From: Patescibacteria group bacterium
GTDB lineage: Bacteria; Patescibacteriota; Patescibacteriia; Magasanikbacterales; GWA2-37-8
Direction of reading: 5' to 3'
DNA: 64,000 bases
Assembly (NCBI GenBank): GCA_041651015.1
Contig: JBAZKA010000001.1
Coordinates: forward strand, 62,000 to 125,999
Part shown: in pieces, positions 10,460 to 20,800 of the stretch
How positions within the stretch are numbered: position 1 is the stretch's first letter
Layout: each line of letters starts with the position of its first letter
The notes under the pieces: model-generated
The model's input: only the letters and a program-made list of their open reading frames with translations
Database searches by the model: none
What the model was told of the DNA's origin: nothing
Program-made: the position numbers and the translations under genes

Positions 10460-10933
10460 ATGATTTTTAGAAGACAAAATCAAACCGCTGAACCGATTGA
10501 AGAGATGGAAGAACAAATTGAAGAGCAACCGGTCCAGTCCGAAGATAATGTGGATACTGTAGTCGGACCATCGGTAAATGTGGAAGGCGATTTTGCGTCA
10601 GAAGGTAATATCGTGGTCAAGGGTACTGTCACCGGCAGTGTGCACACGAGCAAGAATTTATTGGTGGAACAGGGTGCAAAAATCGTGGCCAATGTCCGTG
10701 CCGGCAGCGCCACTATCGCCGGCGAAGTGCGCGGTAATATGAAAATCAAAGATTATTTGGAGCTCGCTTCTACAGCGCGCGTAGTCGGGGATATTGAAGT
10801 CAAGACGATTGTCATGGAAGCCGGCGCTTTAATTTTTGGCAAGGTGGCTATGCCCGGTCTGGAGGCGGCCGAAACGCGCTCGCGCGGACGTTCGCGAAAG
10901 AATGAGGAAGTAATTGATTCCCAAGATGAATAA
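10460..10933 (+). CDS. bactofilin (polymer-forming cytoskeletal protein)
   Basis: TVVG....VEGD....GNIVVKGTVTGSV...IAGEVRGN beta-helix repeats. Confidence 0.9.
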   Translation: MIFRRQNQTAEPIEEMEEQIEEQPVQSEDNVDTVVGPSVNVEGDFASEGNIVVKGTVTGSVHTSKNLLVEQGAKIVANVRAGSATIAGEVRGNMKIKDYLELASTARVVGDIEVKTIVMEAGALIFGKVAMPGLEAAETRSRGRSRKNEEVIDSQDE

Positions 10934-10948
10934 AAGGGGGCGAGATTT

Positions 10949-11716
10949 ATGTATGTTTACCTTTACGACAATTTCCTAAACAATCGGAAATATAATTCCA
11001 TCCTCAAACAGATTGAAGTTCGTTTGGTTGAATTCGGCATTGCCGGTAAAATTCTTCGTCTAAATAATTACATTGACGCAAAGCCGATTATTGATGATGA
11101 AATAAAACGCGGAGCGAAAAATATCATCATCGTGGGAAACGACCGTACTTTCGGTCATATTTTATCCCGGGGCGCCACCTGTGATTGTGTTTTTGGTTTT
11201 CTGCCCATTGGTCCGGATAATGATATTGCCGATGTACTCGGCATCCCCGAGGGCATTGACGCGGCCGATGTTTTGGCTCGCCGGCGCAAACAAAAACTGG
11301 ATGTCGGTTGGTTCAATAATCGTTTTTTTGTTTCGCAACTGCATGTGCCGCCGGCCAAGGTTCGCGTCATTTATGATGAGAAATTCCAAGTGTCAACACC
11401 GTTCAAAATGGAAGTAGTGGTATGTAATTTCCAGCCTTTTTATTGGAAAAGGAGCAATAAGGATAAAGAAGAATTTGTGGTTCACCCCCAGGACGATAAA
11501 CTGGAGGCATTTCTCAGGCCATTGACAAAGACGGGCTGGTTCGGGTATAAATATGAGGACCCGAGTATTTTTCCGTTTGAGGAAATGGAAGTGATCGGGG
11601 AAGACGGCCCGTTTGTGGTGGAGGCGGATGGTAAATCCACTAAAGAAGTTAAAGTGAAAATCAGATTGGCCAAGGACAAAATTGACATGATTGTGGGGAG
11701 GGATAGAAAATTTTAA
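10949..11716 (+). CDS. diacylglycerol-kinase-fold protein
   Basis: IIIVGNDRT, FLPIGPDNDIADVLGIP, LDVG and EADG resemble DAGK motifs. Confidence 0.7.
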   Translation: MYVYLYDNFLNNRKYNSILKQIEVRLVEFGIAGKILRLNNYIDAKPIIDDEIKRGAKNIIIVGNDRTFGHILSRGATCDCVFGFLPIGPDNDIADVLGIPEGIDAADVLARRRKQKLDVGWFNNRFFVSQLHVPPAKVRVIYDEKFQVSTPFKMEVVVCNFQPFYWKRSNKDKEEFVVHPQDDKLEAFLRPLTKTGWFGYKYEDPSIFPFEEMEVIGEDGPFVVEADGKSTKEVKVKIRLAKDKIDMIVGRDRKF

Positions 11717-11717
11717 C

Positions 11718-11801
11718 GCGCGGGTGGCGAAACTGGTAGACGCGCTACTTTGAGGTGGTAGTGGACGCAAGTCCTTGGAGGTTCAAATCCTCTCCCGCGC
11801 A
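11718..11801 (+). tRNA. tRNA-Leu (anticodon GAG)
   Basis: GCGCGGG/CCCGCGC acceptor stem, TGGTAGAC D-loop, CTACT-TTGAGGT-GGTAG anticodon arm, long variable arm, GTTCAAATC; CCA not encoded. Confidence 0.95.
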
Positions 11802-11802
11802 C

Positions 11803-11839
11803 AAAAAAATTACTCCGCATTTACGGAGTAATTTTTTTT
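11803..11839 (+). terminator. intrinsic terminator after tRNA-Leu
   Basis: aattactccg/cggagtaatt stem followed by a T-run. Confidence 0.8.
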
Positions 11840-11870
11840 GTCTCTGTTTTTGTGATATAATAAACACACT

Positions 11871-13043
11871 ATGCAACAAAAACCACTTTCCATCGTTTTG
11901 CACCAAGGCGTGTACAAGAAAACCGCCACTACGAGCGAGGCCGTATTCATTATCACCGGCATGACCATTGGGGCGGGTATTTTGGGCCTGCCCTATGTAA
12001 TAGCCCGTTCAGGCCTCGCTGTGGGGCTTGTTTTGGTCGTTTTATGGGGTTTGGTCATGTTACTCCTCAATCTTATGCTGGGTGAGGTTGCCGTGCGTAC
12101 ACAGGGCAATTTTCAGCTTCCGGGTTTTGCCGGTAAATACCTCGGCGGGTGGGCAAAGAATTTTCTGGGTATAATTATCGTCTTTAGCGGGTTTGGTTCG
12201 CTCTTGGCATATCTCATTGGCGAGGGTCAAGCGTTGGCGGAAATTTTTGGCGGTCCGGCCATGTGGTGGAGTATTTTCTTTTGGTCAATTGGAAGTTTTT
12301 TTATTTGGCGCGGTTTGCAAACCGTAAAAACTTTGGAAAGAGTTTTGAGTTTAGTCGTAATCATTTTAATTTTGGGTTTATCATTATTTTTACTTCCGAA
12401 AATGAGTTCGGCCAATCTGCATCATTTTGATTTGGCTAATTTCTTTTTGCCGTTTGGTGTAATCTTATTTGCCTTGCACGCGACGCCGTCCATCGCCGAA
12501 GCGCACGCGCTTTTGCCCGGTTCGGAAAAACGTTTTAAAAAAGCGATTATTATCGGTACTCTGATTCCGGTTGCGGTTTATGTAATTTTTTCTTTAGCCG
12601 TGGTCGGATATTTTGGTTTGAATACGTCCGAGCTTGCCACTGTTGGATTTGGACATGCGTTTGGTCCGGCGTTTTCCATCATTGCCAATGTGTTTGCAGT
12701 GCTGGCTATGGCCACGTGTTTTATGGGTATGGGCATAGCTCTGAAGCAAACCCTGATTTGGGATCATAAAATAAGCCGGCATTTGGCTGAGTTTATCGTG
12801 GTGATTGTACCGATATTATTATTTCTTTTCGGCTTCCGAAGCTTTGTGGAAGTTCTGGATGTAGTTGGAGGATTATTTATCGGTCTGGAGTCGCTCATGA
12901 TTGTTTTAATCTGTTACATGGCGCGGCGGAAAGGGGATTTGGATGCGTCGCGCTACGGCCTCAAACATTTTTGGCTCATGGCCGCGCCGGTGATTGTATT
13001 TTTTCTCGCGGCGACGATTTATTCGGCTTTGCGAATATTCTAA
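11871..13043 (+). CDS. aromatic amino acid permease family (TyrP/Mtr-like) transporter
   Basis: GMTIGAGILGLPY motif, ~11 TM segments, PFGVILFA. Confidence 0.85.
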   Translation: MQQKPLSIVLHQGVYKKTATTSEAVFIITGMTIGAGILGLPYVIARSGLAVGLVLVVLWGLVMLLLNLMLGEVAVRTQGNFQLPGFAGKYLGGWAKNFLGIIIVFSGFGSLLAYLIGEGQALAEIFGGPAMWWSIFFWSIGSFFIWRGLQTVKTLERVLSLVVIILILGLSLFLLPKMSSANLHHFDLANFFLPFGVILFALHATPSIAEAHALLPGSEKRFKKAIIIGTLIPVAVYVIFSLAVVGYFGLNTSELATVGFGHAFGPAFSIIANVFAVLAMATCFMGMGIALKQTLIWDHKISRHLAEFIVVIVPILLFLFGFRSFVEVLDVVGGLFIGLESLMIVLICYMARRKGDLDASRYGLKHFWLMAAPVIVFFLAATIYSALRIF

Positions 13044-13048
13044 TAAAT

Positions 13049-13081
13049 AAAAAACAGCCCGGAATGCCGAGGCTGTTTTTT
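13049..13081. terminator. bidirectional terminator
   Basis: aaaaacagcc/ggctgttttt between convergent genes. Confidence 0.75.
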
Positions 13082-13087
13082 ATTTCG

Positions 13088-14815
13088 TTAATTTGTGACT
13101 TTCGCCGATGCAGCCGAGCCTTGGTCCTCGTCCAAAAGTTCATTGGTGACAGCCCCATTCGTCAAAGATAGTTGCTTGCCCACCACATCGTCCTCGGCCG
13201 TGAAAGAAGCAGACTTTACCAATTGAATTATCTTACCGAGTTGAGAAGCGTTCGGAGTCACCGCCACTTCAAAATATAAACCGATTTTCCCATTGGCCGG
13301 CGCCAGATTATAATTCCAGTTGATAGCGCCGGCATCAGACGTAATTTGCGTACCGAGTGTGACGCTTTCTTTGCCGGTAAATTCCACGCCGTCAGCGAGA
13401 ACGGCCGAGAAATTATTTTTGGCAATGGCATTGATGCTGTTTTGTATTTCCACAAAAATCCAGTATTTGGTGGTCTCGCCCACGGTCGGGGGCAGAGGCC
13501 CGCGCCCCAGCTGATCGCCATCGGGCGTGTAATAAACCGGCTTGATTACCCACGAGATTTGCGTGGCTAAGGGCAAACGAATCACATCCGCGCTCTCAGT
13601 GGTTAATTTTTGCCCCGGCATGTCCGGCAGTTCGGCCTCGGTTTTCATCTTGATTTCCATTTGCGAGGCATTATCCGTGGTAAAAAAAGATTTGAGTTTT
13701 AATTTAATTTCAAATTCATCCGACGCGCCGGCCGTGCCATTGCCCAGAGTGGTGCGAGTTTTTTTGTCCGCGACAAGCGTCTGGCCATCAACTGTTAAGT
13801 TATTTTCGCGGGCCGTGGCCGCGAGGTCAACCGTACCCGGGGTGGGAGTAATAATTATCCGAACGTTGTTCAACTTATATTCACTCGCGTTATGCCAATA
13901 TATTCGGAGCGGTATAGTACTGTTCGCGTCAGCATAGGCGCCTGTGTAATTTGACTGCAAACCAGCTTCAACTTTTGGATAAATCACATTTAATTTTTTT
14001 TCCAATGTGAGCAAGCTGAAGGTTGAATTGTTTATGAGAATATTAAAATTAAATTTTTGCATTGATTCTCCGGACGCGGTCGGGGAAGTGACAACGCCGG
14101 CAATGGCTTTGGTTTCACCCGGTTCAAGAGAAATGCCGTTCAAAAGTTTGCCGCTGGCAAAATTTTTGGATTGTTCCGGTGAAATGGTAATGTTTCCCAA
14201 ACGAGTTTGCCCGATATTTTTCAGGGTGAGAGTGGCGGGAATTTCTCGTCCCGGGAAGGTAGATGTGGGCAGGTTGATATCGGCTTGTAAGATTGAACCA
14301 ATAGTCTTGATCATAGCTGCGCCGATTTTTTGTTCGGCGGATGATTTGTTTTCGGGTTTGTAGGTGAGGTAGGCGATAACTTTTTGGTCAATATTTGACT
14401 CGGCAAAAAGCGTGCCCTGAATTTCCAATTGGCCGGTGGCCCCGGGTTTAATTTCACCGATATCGGTCGTAAAATTTTCCGACAAAGTTGCTGTTGGAGT
14501 TTTTGCGCGGTCAATTACAAATCCGCTCGGCAGGTGAACGGCGAGAATGGTATTATTCAAAATCTGTTTGCTTCGGTTGGTATATTCTAATTTTATTGTG
14601 ACCGGGTTACCGCTTAAAATTCGTTCGTTGCCAAAGGTAAAATTTAAATCAATCAGATCTGTGATGGTCGGTTTCCAAAAAAAGAAAAACAACGAAGCGC
14701 CCAGCAAAACAATTGCGGACGCGAGCAGTATTAAATCAAAAGCAAAGAGTTTTTTCGCGTGATGATAAATCCCGTGATAGCGAGTGTGATAGTGGTGTTT
14801 GAGAAATTTAAGCAT
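13088..14815 (-). CDS. membrane-anchored extracellular protein with Ig-like beta-sandwich domains
   Basis: N-terminal TM, repeated beta-rich modules (YTN.S...L....L...LPSGF), GRGPLPP.VG.TT.YW motif; start placed at ATG 14815. Confidence 0.7.
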   Translation of the reverse strand: MLKFLKHHYHTRYHGIYHHAKKLFAFDLILLASAIVLLGASLFFFFWKPTITDLIDLNFTFGNERILSGNPVTIKLEYTNRSKQILNNTILAVHLPSGFVIDRAKTPTATLSENFTTDIGEIKPGATGQLEIQGTLFAESNIDQKVIAYLTYKPENKSSAEQKIGAAMIKTIGSILQADINLPTSTFPGREIPATLTLKNIGQTRLGNITISPEQSKNFASGKLLNGISLEPGETKAIAGVVTSPTASGESMQKFNFNILINNSTFSLLTLEKKLNVIYPKVEAGLQSNYTGAYADANSTIPLRIYWHNASEYKLNNVRIIITPTPGTVDLAATARENNLTVDGQTLVADKKTRTTLGNGTAGASDEFEIKLKLKSFFTTDNASQMEIKMKTEAELPDMPGQKLTTESADVIRLPLATQISWVIKPVYYTPDGDQLGRGPLPPTVGETTKYWIFVEIQNSINAIAKNNFSAVLADGVEFTGKESVTLGTQITSDAGAINWNYNLAPANGKIGLYFEVAVTPNASQLGKIIQLVKSASFTAEDDVVGKQLSLTNGAVTNELLDEDQGSAASAKVTN

Positions 14816-14858
14816 AGTGCTTCTATTATACCAAAAGCGACAAAAAACCGCCATGCGC

Positions 14859-15185
14859 TTATGACGGTTTTTGAGTATGTTTGGCGTTAGCTTTTTTAAG
14901 CGATTTCGGGTTGGGGGAGTAGAGTGGGTTTTTTATTTTCCACTTTTCCACATATTGCCCGATTCCCCGGCTGGCCATTTTATGTTTGATGGTGGTGTGT
15001 TTTTGCGACCACTTGACCAAGCTTTCAAAATTGATTTTGTAGCGTCCGGCCACGACCGCATAGGTGATTTCTTGAGAAGCGATTGCGCGGCGAACGGTCT
15101 GAGAATTTACTCCAAACAACTTCGCGGCTTCTGAAACAGAAAGTCGTATCATTTCACCCGGTTCCTTATTAGATTGAAAAACCAT
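14859..15185 (-). CDS. excisionase/MerR-like helix-turn-helix protein
   Basis: LSVSEAAKLFGVNSQTVRRAI. Confidence 0.85.
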   Translation of the reverse strand: MVFQSNKEPGEMIRLSVSEAAKLFGVNSQTVRRAIASQEITYAVVAGRYKINFESLVKWSQKHTTIKHKMASRGIGQYVEKWKIKNPLYSPNPKSLKKANAKHTQKPS

Positions 15186-15433
15186 ATTTGTATAGAGTTG
15201 TATATACAAATTATAGCAAGTTTTGTATTTTTGTCAATACCTGCAGTGTATGCGGTTGCCATGCAATAATATGTTGGCCGTGATTGTATTATCTAACCGC
15301 TCACTACATTATATACTTGTTTATCAGGTATTTGTATATACTACTCTATACAAATATATCTAGATTTAGCTTATCTTAGCCAATACGGTATGTATTGCTA
15401 ATAGCAAGTTTGTATAGATAAGTATATACAAAG
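15186..15433. promoter_or_regulatory. three TTTGTATA-N8-TATACAAA palindromic sites
   Basis: Copies at 15187-15210, 15331-15354 and 15409-15432; the first lies between the HTH gene's -10 box and its ATG. Confidence 0.8.
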
Positions 15434-15646
15434 TTATGTATTTAATGAATAGTATGGTCGATGTTTGTTCTGTCCTTTGGTAATGGATGGAGGCGCGACA
15501 CGTTCGCATGATTTGTTTGCATTCGACAGGTAGGCATATTTGCATCGCATTAGATATATTTGACACCCCTTCATAATTTTGATAAAATGCACTCTATGCT
15601 TTATATATGTGACCGTGAGTTTTGCGGTCTTTTTATAAAGGGCAGG

Positions 15647-15674
15647 TGTAACATTTTTCCATAATCTACGTCTA
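15647..15674 (+). promoter_or_regulatory. ECF-sigma-type promoter, likely autoregulatory and leaderless
   Basis: TGTAAC-N16-CGTCTA ending 5 nt before the ATG of the ECF sigma gene. Confidence 0.65.
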
Positions 15675-15679
15675 CTAAG

Positions 15680-16240
15680 ATGTCGGGAAAAATAACAGAA
15701 AAATTACTGTTGTACCGATTACAGACCAAACAGGATCCGGACGCATTTGCCGAACTCTATGATCTGTACGTAAAACGAATTTATCGGTTCGTTTTTTTTA
15801 AGGTATCCGGACACGAGGAAGCCGAGGATATTACGTCCGATGTTTTTCTCCGAGTTTGGAATTACATTGCCGAGGGCAAAGACATAAAAAGTTTTAGCGG
15901 ACTTTTGTATCGCACGGCGAGAAATTGCATCATTGATTTGTATCGTTCAAAATCATACCAAGCGAATCCGCTTTCCATATCCGAACTTCCAGAAGGAATT
16001 GAGCCGAGCGACTTGGGAGTGGCGGCCGATAAAATTACGGCCGGAGCCGATGCCGGTAAAATCATCGCTTCCATAAAAAGATTAAAACAAGAATATCAAG
16101 AAGTGCTTACTTTGAAATATGTTGACGAATTGTCCGTGGAAGAAATTTCCGAAATCACGGGCAAAGGAAAAATTTCGGTGCGGGTCACTCTGCATCGCGC
16201 GCTGAAGCGTTTGAAAATTATAATAGATACGAAGGTGTAA
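15680..16240 (+). CDS. ECF-family RNA polymerase sigma factor
   Basis: AFAELYD.Y...IYRF, AEDITSDVF, LY..ARN..ID..R and region 4 motifs. Confidence 0.93.
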   Translation: MSGKITEKLLLYRLQTKQDPDAFAELYDLYVKRIYRFVFFKVSGHEEAEDITSDVFLRVWNYIAEGKDIKSFSGLLYRTARNCIIDLYRSKSYQANPLSISELPEGIEPSDLGVAADKITAGADAGKIIASIKRLKQEYQEVLTLKYVDELSVEEISEITGKGKISVRVTLHRALKRLKIIIDTKV

Positions 16241-16246
16241 AAAAGT

Positions 16247-17569
16247 ATGGCGAATAAATTGATCGGACAACTTAAAGATTTGAAACGTTCTGATGTGTCA
16301 CCGAGACCCGAGTGGTTAAAATCCAGTCGGGCGCGCTTGCTGTCTCAGATCAAAAATACCGTGCCGACTGAAGAATTGGGTGTGTTGGATAATTTATGGT
16401 TTGGTTTGTCAATTTTAATGCCGCAAAAATTTGTTTTTAATTTTGTCCGTCCTCTGGCCGTACTACTTATAGTGGCTCTCGTCGGCACGAGCGGTTGGAT
16501 TGCCACCGTGGACGCGGCTTATGAAGCTGTTCCGGGCGACTGGCTGTATCCGGCCAAACGCGCGGTGGAAAAAACTCAAATTACCACGGCGGTAATTATG
16601 GGCGCCAAGAACACTGAGACAAAATTGCATTCGGAATTTGCCAAACGCCGAGCCACGGAAATAAAATCCGTGATGAAAAGCGATATGACAGATAAAAACG
16701 AAAAAGTGACCACTGCGGTGTCTGATTTAAAAAATGAAATCAAATCAGTCAGCGATAATTTGGATGAATTAAAATCCAATGGCACGCAAGGCACGGCCGA
16801 GACTGCCAAAGCGGTGCAAAGCAATGCCGAGCAAATTAAAGTTGTGTTGACGGAGATTAAAGATGATTTGAATACCGGCACCTCAACTTTGGAAACAAAA
16901 GTAATGGCCAAAGAAATCGGCGAGGCCAAGGATTTAACCAAAGACGCCAATATAAAGGTGGTGGAAGTTTTGATTGCCAAACATTTGGATGGTGATGTCA
17001 CTAAAGAAGAAGTGACGGCGGCCATTGACAAGACCATGCAAAGCGCGGTGGACGAAGCCAATGTCACCCAGCAAAATGTGCAAAATATGAACACGGCCGT
17101 GACTGCGGCCGGAGCTGTGCCGGGTGTGACCGTGTCATCCAGTCCATCAACCGAAACGATTGGTAGTGTGGCCTCAACCACTGGTGCGGCTGCGGTGAAG
17201 ACTCATGAAGCGGCGGCCGAACTCGGCAAACAAGTGACTGAAATTAAAAGCTTGGTGGAGAGTGGAAATTTGACCGATGCGGTTAATATAATGAAACAAG
17301 CCAATGAAACCAGCAAAGAAATGGATAAATTGCAGGATACCACTTTAGTCGCGGCCCAGACTGTTTTGCCGACTCCGGTGGTAAACGAAGTAAAAAATTC
17401 CACCACAGAAGTGGCGCAAACCATCGGAGCGTCAACTACGATTCAAGTGATTGTGTCCAGCACAACCCAAGCGACTGAGCCGGGTAAATTGCCGGTGACT
17501 GTTATTGTCACCACCACGCCGGCGTCATCCAGTCCGAGCGCGACAGTGTCAAGTACGACGAAGAAATAA
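16247..17569 (+). CDS. putative anti-sigma factor (DUF5667-like, single TM, helical ectodomain, S/T-rich tail)
   Basis: AVPGDWLYPAKRAVE motif; directly downstream of the ECF sigma gene. Confidence 0.7.
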   Translation: MANKLIGQLKDLKRSDVSPRPEWLKSSRARLLSQIKNTVPTEELGVLDNLWFGLSILMPQKFVFNFVRPLAVLLIVALVGTSGWIATVDAAYEAVPGDWLYPAKRAVEKTQITTAVIMGAKNTETKLHSEFAKRRATEIKSVMKSDMTDKNEKVTTAVSDLKNEIKSVSDNLDELKSNGTQGTAETAKAVQSNAEQIKVVLTEIKDDLNTGTSTLETKVMAKEIGEAKDLTKDANIKVVEVLIAKHLDGDVTKEEVTAAIDKTMQSAVDEANVTQQNVQNMNTAVTAAGAVPGVTVSSSPSTETIGSVASTTGAAAVKTHEAAAELGKQVTEIKSLVESGNLTDAVNIMKQANETSKEMDKLQDTTLVAAQTVLPTPVVNEVKNSTTEVAQTIGASTTIQVIVSSTTQATEPGKLPVTVIVTTTPASSSPSATVSSTTKK

Positions 17570-17824
17570 TAAATTGTTCCTCGTTTTTTCTGAATAAAAA
17601 ATTTGTTCAGAAAAAAGAGAGAGTAATTTGTTTATTAGGTCTTTGTAAAGGTCGAGGGATCATGAGATCTCACCTAGATCTCTGTGTAGCGGGGACGCGC
17701 GGTTCCGACTATTTCTTTAGAAATAATCCGGACTGTGCGAAAACCGCTTAGCCCGTTTTCCGTTGACGTTAGTCCGCCAGCCGGTGGACTGATGCGCATC
17801 GGGCTCGGGTATATAATATTTATT

Positions 17825-20800
17825 ATGTACAACGTTATTAAGAAAGCTTTAACCTTCAGCGTTGTTGCCTCTACCATGTTATGGTCTGTTGGTATCGCCG
17901 CTTTGATCCCGTCTGTGGCTCAAGGTGCGACCTGCCCGACTTTAGCTGCTGGCGACATGATCAAAGTGACCGGTAAAGCGGCCATCTATGCTCTTCGCAA
18001 CGATCTGAAAGTTGTGTATTTCCCGTCAGGTGACGAGTTCAAGTCTTGGAGGCCGACCTATGGTGGTTACATCTCCATCACTCAAGATTGCTTTGATTCC
18101 TTGTCGGTTCCGAGCAACTATCCGGCCGCGGTTGGCTTCCACCCGGGTTCTTACCTGGTGAAGAGACCGTCTTCGGACCAGTTGTATGTTGTTGAACCGA
18201 ACAACACCTTAGCTAAAATCACCAGCGCTCTCGCGACCACTTTGTATGGCACTTCTGCCTACTCTGATGGCGTTGGCGCCAAAGTGATGACGATCAGCGA
18301 TGTGTTCTGGCCGCATTATGTTAACCGCGGTACAGATATCACCACTGCCGTTGCCCACCCGGGTATGCTTTTCAAAGTCGACTCCACAACATACTATGTT
18401 GATGAAGACGGCAAACTTCGCGAGGTTACCGATGCCGGTTTCACCGCGAACAACTTCCAAAAGAAATTTGTCCGCACCCTTACGTCTACCGCTATTGCCG
18501 GTTTGACCGCTGGTACTGCTATCAGCGCTGAAATCGCGTCAGTCACGGACAAGACACAGAGCGGTGGTATCACTACGACAACTGCAGCGGGCACTTTGAC
18601 CGTGGCTTTGTCTTCCGCCACTCCGGGCGCTTTAAGCGTTCCGCAGAATGGCACTCGCGTTCCGTTTACCAATGTCGTTTTGACTGCCGGTTCGGATAAC
18701 GCGATCAATGTTGATGCTATCACTGTGAAGAGAACAGGTTTAAGTGATTATTCATATTTTGCCGGAACAGCTGGCAGTGTTTGGGCGGAAAAAGATGGTG
18801 TTCGCGTCACTTCTCAGTCTGATATGAACAGCTCTGATGAAGTGAACCTGACCTTCTCTCCGATCCTCAACATCCCGGCCGGCACTTCCGTCACCTTGGA
18901 AATCGTCGCCTCTTTGAACAGCGCTGCTGGTAACGGCGCCCTCGGCATTGCTTCCGCTTCTGCGGTGTCTGCCGGTGGTGTGACTGTTGCCGGTTCTTTC
19001 CCTGTGACCGGTAACTTGATGTCCTTCACCAGTTATAATGTGGCGACCGCTTCGGTTGATTATGATACCGCCACTCGTACTCCGAAGGTTGGTGACACAG
19101 CTGCTGAAATCTCCTCTTTTGGAGTGACGCAGACTGCCACTTACTCCAAGGATGTCATCTTCAAATCCATCATGTTGAAGAATTCCGGTGTTGAAGATTT
19201 GGCCACCTCTTTGTCCAATGTTTATTTGGAAAAAGCCGGCGCCCAAGTTTCTTCATACGGCACAATCAACGGTCGTTATATTACTTTCGTTTTGAATGGC
19301 GGCGGTCTCTTGATTGAAAAGGGAGACAGCCTTACCTTCAAGGTAAAAGGTGATATCATGGCCAAGGAAAATGCTTCAACCCCGAGCTTTACTTTCTATG
19401 TAAACAAGGTTGAAGACGTCAACATCGTTGAGAAATCAACCGGTTTTGGCGCCGCTGTCACCAAAGACGCGGATACCAACAATGTCGACATCACTTCCGG
19501 CGCGCTTTCTATCACTAAGAAAAGCACCCAGCCGTCTGATGCTGATGTCACCAAGGGTACCAGCGATACTGTTTCATTGCTCGCGAATATCCGCGCCGAT
19601 GAAGCCATCTCTGCCGATGGTATTAAAGTTGGTTGGGAAGGTACTTATGTATCCACTTCCTTCCAAAATGCCAAAGTGTACTTGAACAGTCATTTGCTCG
19701 GTACATTTGATCCGACGGACGAATCAGACACCAACTACGAAATTGAGACTTCTGTCAACTTTAATAAAGGCGACAATGAGCTCAAAATTATGGTTGGCGT
19801 CAAATCCACCGCCACTTCCAGCGCCAACATCAAATTTAAAGTGGTTGGTACTGAGTTTGTGAACGGTGAGTCCCCGGAATACGTTTCCTCCGGCAATTCC
19901 GTTGATTCCGACGATGTGAACGGCAGCCCGGTCGGTGCGATTATCACCGTGGCCGGCGCTGGTTTGACCATCGCGCGCAATGACGGTTATGCCGCGGATC
20001 GCAGCATTGTCCAGGGCACAACTGATGTTTCCCTCGGCAAATTCAATGTCAAAGCCACGAGCGATACAGTGACCCTCACTTCTATCGAAGTCGCGGCCAA
20101 CAGCGGTACCGGCACCAAGGTGTCTGATTCCTCTGTCTTTGACATGAAACTTATGGTTGACGGCGTCCAGGTTGGTACCACTCGAGATTTCAACTCCTCT
20201 GGTGCTTCCTTCTCTGGTCTCAATGTCTCCATTGCCAAGGATGCCATCAAATCAGTGGAAGTTGTTGCTTCCTTTGACACGATGTCCACCGGCTCCATCA
20301 AGACCGTCCTCTCCTTTAACGGCCAAGACAGCAATGGTAAGACGACCGGCTTGACCGGCCTTACTGGAACCACTGTCAACAACGTCGTTATCGCCGCGGG
20401 CGTTTTGACTGCCACTGCCGGTACCGATACTGCAGATAAATCCATCCTCCTCGCCAAGTCCGGTGTTGAATATTCTGTTGCGACCTTCAAATTGACTTCG
20501 CAATATGATTCCTCCAACATCACCGAAATGACTATCGTCAATTCGTCCACTTTGGCTTCGGATGCGAGAATCTCTTCCGTCAAACTTTATGACGGCAGCA
20601 CATTGTTGGGTACAGATTTTGTGATGAGTAACTCCACCACAATTTCATTGGACACCAACAGCCTGATCGTTCCGGCCAATGGCTACAAGAACGTGACCGT
20701 GAAGGTCGTCTTGAACACCATTGATGATGTCACCCAGAGCAGCAGCACCTTCCGCGCCAACTTGACTCAAATCAAGTACAAGGGCTCGGCTGGTTCAGAA

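Noticed and set aside
15210-15680. Replication origin in the AT-rich gap
   Set aside because: No DnaA-box cluster seen; only isolated TTATCCACA-like boxes elsewhere (about 10394 and 40536).
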